From Vermamoeba vermiformis (lineage: Eukaryota), in the NCBI GenBank assembly GCA_045837725.1, contig JBEWZL010000282.1, positions 372,001 to 436,000 on the forward strand: a DNA stretch of 64,000 nucleotides. Direction: 5' to 3'. Below, one piece after another: positions 24,540-42,808 of the stretch (positions are counted from its first letter, which is position 1; each line of letters opens with the position of its first letter). The notes under the pieces are model-generated. The model was not told the origin of the DNA, did not search any database, and was given only the letters and a program-made list of their open reading frames with translations. The position numbers and the translations under genes are program-made.

Positions 24540-25852
24540 ATGGAAGGTGGTATTTTCTCGATCTGCAATCCTCTTTTGGACATCTCTACCCACGCTGATC
24601 AAGCTCTCTTGGACCAGTAAGTTGATTCTAATTAATATGTAAATAATAATATATCGCGTGATCGAATAAAACTGGTTCCGTTTCTCTTTCTCCGATCGGA
24701 TTTGTTATGAATAATAATTATAATAATCAATTTAATTTAGATACAAATTGACTTTGGGTACTGCCTGCTTGGCTGATAAGTCACACCTTCCTTTGTAAGT
24801 AATAATTGCCGAGTTGTAACGTCTGCATCCCACTAACGGATCGCAAGGTATGACGAGATCGTCAAGCACAAGGACGTCGAATATATCGCTGGTGGTGCTT
24901 CTCAAAACACCATTCGTGCCGCTCAGGTATTAACTCTGTAATTAATACAAAACTTATCAACTGACTCGTGGTGACAGTGGATGTTGCGCGATATTGCTCC
25001 TAACGTCACTCACTACGTCGGTTGTGTTGGCAATGATGAGAACGGTCGTCGTTTGAAGACTGAGGCCGAGAAGGACGGTGTTAACGTGCACTACATGGTC
25101 ACCAGTAAGTCGATCGAACTTTCTCGAATATTTAATTCTCGATCTAACGCCTCGCAGACACTGAGCGCACTGGTACTTGCGCTGTCTTGGTCAAGAACCA
25201 CGAGCGCTGCCTCGTTGCTAACTTGGCTGCTGCCAACTTGTACGACATTGCTCACTTCCGCGAGGAATCCACTCAAAAGTTGTTGCACGCTGCCAAGTAC
25301 TACTACGCCACCTCGTTCTTCTTGACTGTCTGCCCTCAAGCCCTCGTTGAGCTCGGTCAACACGCCGCTGAGAGCAACAAGTTGTTCGCCTTCAACATTG
25401 CTGCCCCCTTCTTGGTCGAATTCTTCTGGGACAAGATGCAAGAAGTGTTGCCCTACGCTGATGTGGTCATGTGCAATGACAGCGAGGCTGCTGCTTTTGG
25501 CAAGCGTCAAGGCTGGAACGAGAAGGACCTGAAGGACGTTGCTCAACGCCTTGCTGGTCTCCCCAAGAAGAACACTCAACGCGAGCGCATGGTGATCTTC
25601 ACGCAAGGTCCCAATCCCACCATTGTCTACTACAACGGCAAGGTGCACGAATTCGCTCCTGTCTTGTGCCCTGACTCTGAAATTGTAGACTTGAACGGTG
25701 CTGGTGATGCCTTCGCTGGAGGTTTCATGGCCGGTGTCTACTTGAACAAGAGTGTTGAAGAGTGTGTCCGCGCTGGTCACTACTGCGCTTACGAAGTCAT
25801 TCGCAGATCTGGCGCCACTTTCCCTGCTGTCTGCAGCTTCAAGTGGAACTAA
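24540..25852 (+). CDS. ADK: Adenosine kinase (PfkB family), 5 exons
   Basis: CNPLLDIS, YIAGGASQNTIR, TGTCAVL..RCLVANLAAAN and DLNGAGDAFAGGF. Confidence 0.95.
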
Positions 25853-25926
25853 ACTTGTTATTTTTTGTATTTAAACGCGAAGATTCTCATCACATAATTT
25901 GGGGTGTTTATTTACATGAGATATGA

Positions 25927-28900
25927 TTACAGCACATTCTGTAGTCCAACAACTATCACCGATATGTTGTCGCCACTACCGAGTTGAAAAGCAGCATCGC
26001 GCAGCACTGCGGCTGAGCGCTTGTAATTGCCTTGGATCTGTTTGTCTTTCAGAACTAGCTCTGCAGCACGTTGGTCATCAATCACGTCCCACAAACCATC
26101 GCACGCTAGTATTATGAACTGCTCATCAGTGAGTCGAATCTGATTGATGAATGGTGCATACGACACGTAAGGTTGATACGGATTGTCACCAATAGCACGT
26201 GCCACTGCAATGTTTTGACCTGTGTTGGTTTGAATGCGGCCCTGTGTAATGTTAGCTATTGAATTGTTATCGCTGGGTATCCATGCAGCTTACATTATCC
26301 GAGACTACACCGCCAAGATATTGCACGCGCATTCTTTCTGATCGTTGCAGTGGCTTGTGATCACGTGTTTGGCGTCTAAAGCTCGGTTAATAAGGGAGTC
26401 AAAGATGTACTGTCAGTGCTACTTACACTGCTGTCTCGCCACCATACGACACGGCGCGAGCATCACCGCAGTTTGCAAACCAAACGTAATTCGATTCCTT
26501 GCCAGTACCAATGTACTGCTGTATTAGCACAATACATGCTGTGCAGCCTGAGCGATAGCCCTTCTCGAGTACTTGATTTGAGGCTTGTTCGAATGAGTGA
26601 AACAGCGCTCGTTTGATCTGTTTCGTGTATTCGTCGTTCTTATTCACGAGTCGCTCGTCATCGTAGCCCTCGTAATAGTCATAATAGTCCATGTTCTTTA
26701 GGTCAGTACATTCTTCAGATTCAGCAGCTGATTTGGTGCCAGAGCGTGGTCCTTGCTCGCTGCTGCCAATGCTCGAGGTGCTCACGCGATTGCCAGGAGG
26801 TCCTAAATCAGAACCAAACAACTCGCTGTCCGAGAATGTCGACTCTTCTAGCGGGTTCTTCAAATACTTTTCGAGCAGTTTGTGGTAATTGTTCGCACAA
26901 AACTCGGCGGCATTGCTGTCAGAATGACCGTCAAAGACCGCAAACAAGTGGAAGGTGTAGTCCGCGTCAGTGTAGAAGTGATCCATCATCAGCACAGTGT
27001 CTTCCATGGTCGGTCTGAATCCCTTCATCTCCGAGACTGACACTTCAAACTTGAGTTTTTTCTTGTCCTTGTTCTTCTTGCGCTTAGTAACATTTTCAAT
27101 GGGTCTATATTGGACCACTGTGCGCGGGGACTGCGGTGGCGGAGGATCAACTACAAACTCTTCTTCGACTGCATTTGATGTGTCACTGCGAGGAGTGGTG
27201 GCAGGACTGTTATCGACGAATGCGCTTGCATTGCCGCCCGACTTGCCCGCACTCAAATTGCGCGTCAACACAATCTTCTTGACTCGCTTGCTGCCTTTGC
27301 TCTTTGGTGGATTATTAACATTGGTGTTGTTGACATTTACATTGGTATTGTTGGTGGTATTATTGTTCGTGGTGCCACTTCTCTCTGAGCTGTCGGTACT
27401 GGCGGCAACGCTCTTTGAGGATTCGTTGGTGGATTTGGACTTTTTGTTCTTTTTCTGCTTCTTTCTCTCGACGCGATCACTCTTTGGTGTGCGGTGTTTT
27501 TTCTTGTTGATTTTGGTGTCTAAATTACCCGTGGATCTGTTGCCCTGCAGCACTCCTGGCTGCGGCTCTGACATATTCAATGAAGTCGGTTCCACTTCCA
27601 TATTGTCGTCATTGCTGGGCTGAGACTTGTTCGGGAATTTTGGTAGTTTGCCAGCAGGTTCACTCAAACTCTTGCGCATGCGTTTAGTGGGCACTTCAGT
27701 CACATCGGCCAAGGCAGCGCTTGGTGCACGAGCTAATTGATTGCCAGCTAAGGACACCCAACGAAGGTCTGTCATCGTTGTTAGTATAGTTAAGGTAAAT
27801 AATCAAGTGATGTGCTCACCAAATAAATAAGAGACTGAAGGTAGTTCGCGCAGTCCGCAAAAAGATAATTTCATGTGTCGCAGAGAGCTGCATTCAAACA
27901 GTGACTTGGGCAGATTGGTCAACAGCCTATTGAACGACAAGTCCAAGTACCGCATGTTGTGCAGCTGACTAATCTCTGCAGGCACGTGGGTCAATTGATT
28001 GCCGTTCAGACACAGCTCGTCCAATGAAGTGATCGTGCCAAGTTCAGTGGGCAAATCGAGTATCTTATTGAAGCCGAGGTCCAAATAGTGCAGCTTGGAT
28101 AGCTCTGTAATCCACGTAGGTAGAGAGGTAATGCTATTGCCGCACAAATTCAATTCCTTGAAAACAGTCAGAACGGTGGATAATTAATATTGATATAGGT
28201 CTCACCTCGATGTTTATGAGCGAAGAGAACTGAGCAGGAATCGACGAGAACTTGTTATTACTAATATGAACAGCAACGAGTGACGTCAGCGATGTGAGTG
28301 AAGAGGGCAATGAGGTGAGTTGATTGAACCCCGCACTGAATTTGCGCAGTCGTGTGAGCTGCGACAGTTCTTTCGGCAAGTGTGTGAACTCGTTGCCGAA
28401 CAACCGCAATTCACCAATGACTTCAAACGCTGGCCAAAAGCTGTCTGGGAAACTTTTGGCGTGCAGTTTGTTGGCACTCAAAGATATGCCTTGTAAGCGG
28501 TTCAAACGGTGCGGGAACTCGGGCAACAATTCTAATTGATTGCCGTCGAGAAAAATCTAGCGCGTTGTTAGCACTTCGTCAATTGATTATGCATAAATAC
28601 GTACTCGTTCTAAATGAGTCAATTGTCCAAAATCATCTGGCAAAGTCTTCAAGCGGTTGAACGCGAGATTGATTTCATCAAGTCGTGTCAATTGACAGAA
28701 CTCATCGGGCAACTGTTGCAGACAGTTGTTGAAGAGTGGCAGTTTGCTCAACAGAGCTAATTTGCCAATGTTTGGATGTAAGCTCGTCAATCGATTGTGA
28801 TCCAACACAAGCTCGTTCAAACAGCTCAACAGTCCAACGCCTGCTGGCAGTCCTTTGATCAGATTATAAGACGCGTTTAAATACCGCAAGTTGGTCAGCT

Positions 28901-29858
28901 GTGATATTGCTTCGGAAATATTTGTGAGGTAATTTTTGCTGAGATCCAAATGTGTCAACTGTCGACAGTCAAATACAGCCAGTGGTAGTGATTTGAGTTG
29001 ATTGGACGCCAGTACAAGTTTGCTGAGTCGATGGAACTCGAAGCTCGACGGCAGTTCTGTGATGAAGTTGTGCTGCAGTTCTAGCTCTTGTAGGGCAGTG
29101 GCGCGAGACAATGTCGCGGGCAAGGTACCCAGTTGATTGCGACCGAGTCTGAGAACAGCGAGATTGGGTGAAAACAAGGCAGGCAGTGAGCGCAAGAGAT
29201 TGCCACTCATGTCCAGTCGCGTCATGTGCACGAAGCTGTCAAACACTTCTGGGACTTGTTGCAGCGCATTGTTCTAGATTAAACGTTAGTATTTATTGAT
29301 ATCATAAGAAATCGTCAGTAGATTAATTGTTAAATATTTTAATACGAGTCGGCATAATTGTGTTGATGTGATTAGGTGTCAAAAATAGGTGATGATTCAA
29401 TAAAACGGAAAAGAAATTAAAATTATTAACGCCCTCAATAGTCACTGTTATCTCGTGTAGACATTAAATAAAACAACTACGATCAATTAATTTACATTAT
29501 TTTAAATATTTACCTGAAGATCGAGTAGTGTTAGGGAGGTTAAGTACTGAATTTCTGGGCATATTGAGCTTAGCCTATTGATTGCCAATATAAGTTGATT
29601 AAGATTCACGAGGTATTTAATCTCCACGGGCAAAAACTCCAGTTTGTTGCCGCTAGCATCCAAAACTTCCAAGCCTTTCAAATATTCAATTTCTTTCGGT
29701 AGATACGTAACATCGTTCATCATTAATCGCAGTTCTCGTACTTCTTCGTTGAATTTGCGCACAACGGTATCAAGCGATGCTAAGCGGTTATGACTAACAT
29801 TCAGCTTAGATTCGCCGCGCTTTGACTCCTTCTCTCTTTTGCTTGCTTCGATACCCAT
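25927..29858 (-). CDS. Leucine-rich repeat + PP2C phosphatase protein (PHLPP-like architecture, no PH domain), 7 exons
   Basis: MGIEAS start, more than 20 LxxLxLxxNxL repeats, then RPTMED, AVFDGH, ANCGDARAV, DHKP, ARAIGD, LACDGLWD and GSGDNIS. Confidence 0.92.
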
Positions 29859-30066
29859 TATACTCCACTAATTTGCATGATTAATAAATATACTTGAGTT
29901 CGTTTCGAATCTTTTGAAGGAACCGTTGTGTGCGCTGGATCAAAAGCGAGGGAAAAATAACCAAAAAAATTCCAACCGAACCATTTGGCTCAAGCTGACG
30001 ATAATATCACAAAGGACAATATAGTGCTCTATTTTTATTGCCCAGCCATATATACAATACAGCAAC

Positions 30067-31521
30067 ATGTTTCGAGCTGGATCTAGGAGTGTGATCCAAG
30101 TCATACTCCGACCACAGAATGGAGCAAATAAATTGAAATTGGCGTCTCTATTTAATAAGAACAATAAAGTTATTAGTCGAGGTATGTGCTGTGACACAGA
30201 GGGCGAATCCGATTTTAATCAATTATTTGCTTTTTTTATCGCCTATTTGTAATCGAATAATTATTGCTCTTGTGCCAAAATATATTACTATTGATAGTTA
30301 CAAGAAATACACGAGATTTGAATTTTAAATTAATTTGAGTTCATTTTATTGCAGCTCTGACGACACTGATCTCGAAAAAGAAATCTCTACTCGTCCAAAA
30401 CAATGCACTAAATGAATATACGTGTAAGTCATTCCAATCATTTAAATCCGTTTTCTTATCAACTATTTCAAGATCTACGCGAGTCACGACAGCCGTGGTT
30501 TGGTCAATATCGAGGCTACGTAGACACCAACAAAGAACAAAAGAAGGACACTAAAGACAAACCAAAGGACGAAGAAGACGAGGAGATGGAGACTAAAGGC
30601 AAAGAAGAGGACGAGGCAAAGCCTGACGCAGAAGAAGCAGCACAAGCAGGACAATACGGCGGTGCTGGTGCAAGTGTATTTATGGGCTCACTTTACTATC
30701 TAGTTACGCGCCAAGAAATGGAGAGCACGAAGAAAGACACCAATGCGGTGCTGATGCTCGATTTGGCGAACAGACGTCGTGTTGAAGAACAAGCGTCAAT
30801 CATGCGCCTCAATCGCGCTGAAACACTACGCGACCTGACAACGCCGACCACAGATATCTCGAACAATTACTTTGCGTTCAATCCTGAAGTCATCTCATTT
30901 AAACGAGCGGCAGAGCTGATGAAAGACAACAGCAACATTCCCACTCTGTTGGAGAGCGGTGCAATTCGTCGTGTCACAGACCCCGAAGAAATTGCAAAGA
31001 TTGAACAAATGAATGCCGGTGAGGAGCTCGAGTTCAAAGTCACCGAAAGGATGGTCACTCGTACACACCCCAACATCCACGCAGCTGCCACGGCATGGTT
31101 ACGCAAACCTGAAAACCATGGATTGCGTCGCATGATATTCCCTCGCAAGCCTCGATGGCGAATGGGTTGGTACTCAGGTTTCCTTTGGGATCTCATCAAA
31201 GCCCGTCTCATCTACGCACCTCTGCTCGGCATGATTGCAGGAATAATAGCCAGTGCACTGCTATTGTTGTGGCTCCTTTTCAGCAAGAAGTCGCACTATT
31301 ACATTGGCCGCCTCACAACCAACATCAAGGAGACTCTGTTCGCCACGGCGTCAGTAGTACTGCCCGTCAATCTACCTACACCAGAACGCGATTACAACGC
31401 ACTGCGAGAAACTATTTATCAAGAACTGGTCGATGAGGGCTACGTCGTGCTGCCTGAAGAAATTGATCCGGAACCAAACCCTGATGAACCGAACGACAAC
31501 GAACAAACTGACTCCGCGTAA
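30067..31521 (+). CDS. Unknown protein with a mitochondrial-presequence-like N-terminus and one predicted TM helix, 3 exons
   Basis: Basic, acid-free MFRAGSRSVIQVILRPQ... start; GT-AG introns join in frame to the 369-aa ORF; hydrophobic segment LIYAPLLGMIAGIIASALLLLWLLF. Confidence 0.7.
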
Positions 31522-31659
31522 TAAACTCTGTGTTATATAGCTTTATTTAACTCGATTGAACAGCTATTTATTTAATATAACAAACAAGGTAAAATCACAG
31601 AGTGGGTGCAGGGGGTATGGTCGCGAACAATAATAATAAATAACGCTAGCAGTGAGTTC

Positions 31660-34422
<2,763 letters not shown>

Positions 34423-34826
34423 TTCTGTTTATTCGTCCAATTAGCACTGCTTTGCAACTGTGATATCGATAAGCTGATGATAATTTGAAGTATTAAGATG
34501 TGGTGCGCTGTTGGTTCTCGCTGTGTGATTGCCGAAACTGGTGCAATTTAATATCTCCGGGTCCGATCTCGAAACTAACCGCCAAAGTTTGCAATCTTGG
34601 GTAAGTTAACCAATAGTATGTTAAAAATAAGCTTAGGAGGTGGAAAGCCATTCGTTTAATCACAAATCTCCAAGATTGCTGCGAAATCTCCACCCGAACG
34701 AAACGATTGGTCAAAATTATTTATCAATTTTATTGACAACTTTTGTTGTTGCCCTTTAGTTCCCTTCTGCTTTCTGGTCAGTTGTTCTTTTTAGTTCCCC
34801 GAGGATAATATAGTGCGTGGTGAATA

Positions 34827-35681
34827 ATGCCTCCTAAGCAAACTCAAGGTAATTATTCACCCATAGTGGACAGACGATGATTCTCAATGACGAACCAGAT
34901 GAACCGATCAACAATAATATTTTGAAATTAATATGTTATTTAATTATTACGTATTTTAATAGCTCCAAAAAATACGTATTTATCGCGATAGCATATAATT
35001 ATACTATTATTATTACGTATTTTATTTTACCAATTATTAGATTTAAATATCGTTGGCAAATAATAATAATTGTTATTGGTGCAGATAACAAACAGGCCGC
35101 CAAGCCCCAACAAAAGAAATCTGGTGCCAAGAAGGTCACCAAGAAGCCTGCCTCTCAGGCCTTGAAGGCTCAAAAGGCCGTCAAGAAGGGCACTAACACT
35201 GGTCGCGTCCGAAAGGTCCACACCTCTGTTCACTTCCGAAGACCCAAGACTTTGGAGCTTGCTCGCAACCCCAAATATCCTCGCAACTCCGTCCCCAAGA
35301 AGACTGCTCTTGATCAAGTGAGTATCCGATGCGATCTAACATTAATTATTAATTTATAAATACCGAATAATAATTATAATGTATATTCAACCATGTATCA
35401 ACATGTATGTATTCTAAACGAAATACTAGTACTCCGTCATCAAGTACCCCGTCACCACCGAAACTGCCATGAAGAAGATGGAGGACAGCAACACTTTGGT
35501 TTTCCTCGTTGATGCTCGTTCCAACAAGAAGCAAATCAAGGATGCCGTCAAGAAGATGTACGAGATTGAAGCTCACCACGTCAACACTTTGATCAGACCC
35601 GACGGTCAAAAGAAGGCTTACGTCAGAGTGTCCCCTGATCAAGATGCTATGGATATTGCCTCCAAGATTGGCATTTTGTAA
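34827..35681 (+). CDS. RPL23A: 60S ribosomal protein L23a (uL23), 3 exons
   Basis: [29 protein letters not shown] and [34 protein letters not shown]. Confidence 0.97.
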
Positions 35682-35749
35682 ACATTTTCGATAATAATAA
35701 AGGAGGAATATAAAAAATAGGCTTTGGATCTTTCATTTATTCGTACAAA

Positions 35750-38170
35750 TTAAATATTGAAAACTTGGGACAATGGGAAGCCAGCTAATGATTTACCATC
35801 CAACTGAACGTCCAAAGTGTTCTTACCACTGCTTACTGCGTACTCGATTGTGTACGTTCCGTTTTTGTTGTCAGTAATGTTTGTGGACAGATTGCCGCTT
35901 TTTGCGTTGTGGCAAACGGCCTTCAATCTCGCGCTATCGCCGCCTTCTTGTTTCTGCTTACCGCTTTTGGTGACGACTTTAACCACCATGCTGCACCGGG
36001 CTACTTCGACAGTTTTGATGTCTACGACAATGTGAGCGAATGTCAAATGTTGGAACGTTGGTAGCTAACACTCACCTTCAAAGCAACGAACAGCAAATGG
36101 ACTTCCTGAAATGTGGCTACCACCAACGCGAACGCTAATTTTGTAGTCGCCTGCTTGTGTCAAGCTATAGAAAACTTTGTAGGTGCCATCATTGTTGTCT
36201 TCGACACGTGCGGTGGCTACCGAGGGACCATCAATAGTAGCGTCAAACTTATCGCCGCCCGTCTTAATGCGTTGGCCACTAGCATCGTTAGCAACGACAG
36301 TGAATGAGTAAGTACGCAAGTCACTGGCTTCGGTCACGAGACCCTCCACAACAGTCTTGGACGCATTGGGGGCTAAATTTACGATTAGAATTAACAACAA
36401 AGATGCTCAGTTTACTTACTCGGTTTGGTTGGTTTGGGCTCTTCTTTGGGCTTGGGTTCTTCTTTGGGCTGGACCGGTGTGGTGGGCTTTGGTGCAGGCG
36501 TGGAGACGGGCGTTGTTGGTGTCGGTGCTGAAGTTGCTGCTGGCGAAGAAGGAGCAGCACCACTGGGGACTGACCCGTCGGCTAGGGAAATAATGTTGGT
36601 ACGGTATGTATAACATGCCACCGAGTCTTACCGTTAGTGACAATCAAAGGTAGAGGACCTCCAACAACTTTGCCGTTGAATTGAACTTCCATGAGATACT
36701 CGCCAGCTTGTTTGGGAGTGAAGCCGACCGTGAATGAGCCGAGCGTGCCACCGATAATCTTTGCGGTGATTTTCTTGTCTGGTCCGTGGAACAACATCTT
36801 TAACGAATCTGTGCTGCAGTTTTTGGGTGGCTGACCGTTTTCACGGATGACAGCGGTGAACATTGTAAGAGTGCTGACTTTGGTCTTCGAGGCACCTTCT
36901 CCTTTCAATTGGACGGAGTAACCTAATGAGCCGTTAGCATTGTTACGTCAGGCCGTTAGGTCGTACCTGATTCGTCGACAATTTCTACTAAGGGCTTGGG
37001 AGGCTGTGCTGCTTGTTCTTCCATAATTTTCTTCAATCTGTGCAAAAGTTAGCATTGAACAACAGTGCAATGAGCATTACCTTTCAGCATCAGCTTTGCG
37101 CTTCTCTTCGCGCTCTTTGGCCTCTTGTTCAGCCTTTGCTTTACGAGCGGCGAGCAAGGCAGCCATTTCGTCGTCTCGCTTCTTGCGCTCAGCCTCTGAC
37201 ATCGTGGACTGCACAAATGTCAAACGGTGTCAAAGATGGAAGGAGATTAGTTCGCTTACCTCAGCAGCGGTAGTTTCGAGGTTCTTTTGTCGTTTCAAGA
37301 AAATTTCTTCACCTTTGCTCGTCGGTACAGAGGCGCCTAACTTGCCGGCTTCTCCTGACATTCTAATTGCCCATTATTATTATTTAAATGTCAAACGAAT
37401 TGATCGATAAATTCCCACCTAGCTTTGTATTCGTCGAGTTTCTTCTGCATTTCAGCCTCGTCATATTTCTTGGTCCATTCAGCGCTTGGGAAGAATCCGG
37501 GAATGTTATTCTTGAGGGCATCGTACAGCCTGTGTTCGAGATTATTACGAGATTCTGTTTGTACTACCTCTTTACAACTTACACTGAGAGGTAAAGGGCA
37601 ATGCTCTTCTCTTCTTGGAAGTCAACGCAGTCTTCAGGGTCAAGGTATGGCTCGACAGACAATTCATTTTCGGCAAACTTAAAACCAAAGAAATTAGATG
37701 CGGCCATTAAAATTGCAAAATTTAGTATTAAAGAGATAAAAATGCTATAATACAACGGTACTGTGACGTACGTTAAATGCAAGCTTAAAATTGTTGAGTC
37801 TGTCAGCTCGTGTGTCAGTTTTGAGCGTGTTGGGTGAGGGAAACTTGTCAGGGAAGTACCTATAGGAAGGAGTTATATTTTATGTATTTTTCAGTGCATT
37901 TTGAGTGGTAAATTTGCTAAATTCTTGCAATACAAGCAGCATCTGTCACAGATCAAGATATTTTTTAATTTATATTTGTGTTCTCGGAAACGTACGTATG
38001 AATTAAGGCACAAAACGCGAGTCCATTGGCCCAGGAGTCTAAATTTCAATATTAGTGCGATGTTTTTGTGTGCCAGCGAATCTGATCTTGCCTGTGAGGT
38101 CCGATACCGGTTGGACGTTGTCAAATCCACGCGTGTATCTGTTTGCCCAGCGCACTAAACCGTCGGTCAT
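35750..38170 (-). CDS. Single calponin-homology domain + coiled segment + three filamin (Ig-like) repeats
   Basis: LVRWAN..VSDLT/DSWANGLAFCALIH, YLDPED..EKSIALYL, then repeats with DNNDGTYKVFY..AGDYKISV..GSPF and DNKNGTYTIEY. Confidence 0.87.
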
Positions 38171-38262
38171 TGCGATACGTAAATTTAATTAAGTTGTTGT
38201 TGACCTCTGAGGAATAATTTGAAATTTGATGTCCTTCCGGCATTTACATTTTCGATCGGAAA

Positions 38263-41318
<3,056 letters not shown>

Positions 41319-41379
41319 AGTGCGAAAAAAACAACAATTAACTGTACAATTTATTTTTGTTTTTGACACGTGCTGCACA

Positions 41380-42689
41380 TTAATCCGAAGTGGATTCAGT
41401 GTTGATCGGATAATGCTCTTGCGTCAAGTGCACGGGTGTCATTGAGCCAAAGAACTCCGTGATGTAAACATTGTTGATGTCTCTGCGGTACAAGTCACTG
41501 CGCCATTCTGCGTGTGAGTGCAACATGTTGGGGTCAAAGCTGCGGAACTACAAGCGAATGGTCAGCATTGAACAGTAGTTATTATAAGTATAACAGTTTC
41601 GTACCAATTGGCCCAGAGTAGCAGTTGAATCGGGTGTGACTTTGTTTTGGAAGAACTCGAGTGTGTAATAAGTGAAGCGGTCAATGACTGCCACTCCGAC
41701 ATCAATGTCAGCGTGGTGCTGGATATTAAGTCATTAGCGCAAGGGAACAATAAGCTAATTAGATGTTACTTACAGAATACGAGTTCTCGCCCTTTCTGCT
41801 CGAGCCAATGGCCAAGATATTCGGCGAATAGAACTGCGTGTACAAAGTGTTGGCTTGACACGTGTCAATCATGAACAAAATTTCGTTGTATCTTTGCTTC
41901 TGGAACATTTGTTCGAAGCAGTCAGCGATGTCCTTGGAAGAGATCTCTTCGTTGTCTTGGAACTTCAAGAACTCGTTGCCTCCGTGCCCAGTCATGTAGA
42001 TCAAAATATTGCTGCCACTGTCCGAGAGCAGTCGCTTGGAGCGAGGTACTGACGGGTCGTGACGGCCTTTAATGACGTTAGCAAGACTGTCGTGATACGC
42101 ATGACTAAGTAGAGGCCATTACCTGTCAACACACGAATGAAGTTCTCAACAGTGACTTCATAGCCGCGATAATCAACCTCAATGTTGTCACCGTACAAAT
42201 TGATTTGTTTGTTTTTGTGCTGGAAGATCTGCGCGGGAAATGGATTGCGAGGATTGCAAGCCATATCGTCTGCAAGCATAAGAATAATATGGGAGTCTGG
42301 AAAGCCCATGCTAAAAGTGCGTTATTTAAATTGTTGGAATTTGATAAGATCTTACCTTTTAATTACTCGGTAAATACTGAGGGCATTTGCGCTGTGACGA
42401 TAATTAAACCAAAATCGTGAAGTAGAAACCTGCATAATAAATTCATAAGCACCTAACGTAGTCAAATATTTTTAATTGTTGAAATATTTCAAAAAATATT
42501 TTTCTGCAATCCTCTATAGTATTTAATGCATACCAATACTGCCCAATTATTTGTGTGGTTTCCTCCTTTTCTGAAAAATGTTTCGACAGTTTTTTCTACA
42601 TCAGAAGTTGTTTCAGCAGCAACACTCAGCACAAGTACTGTCAATATGACTACAATACACGCTATATTTAATATCCGCAGCACTTTCAT
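41380..42689 (-). CDS. PIGK: GPI transamidase catalytic subunit GPI8/PIG-K (peptidase C13), 6 exons
   Basis: Signal peptide, [37 protein letters not shown] and IDTCQA. Confidence 0.95.
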
Positions 42690-42808
42690 TCTGATTGGTT
42701 GTTTTCTTCTGCGACAAAAAGGCTTTGAAATGACTGAACAAGAAACTTCTTTTTGCAACTTTGATTAATTCTATTTTTCTGTAATATAATACACGTATCA
42801 ATATAATA

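Noticed and set aside
34849..35084. Possible C/D snoRNA in RPL23A intron 1 (GATGATT)
   Set aside because: Imperfect C box, no CTGA and no terminal stem.
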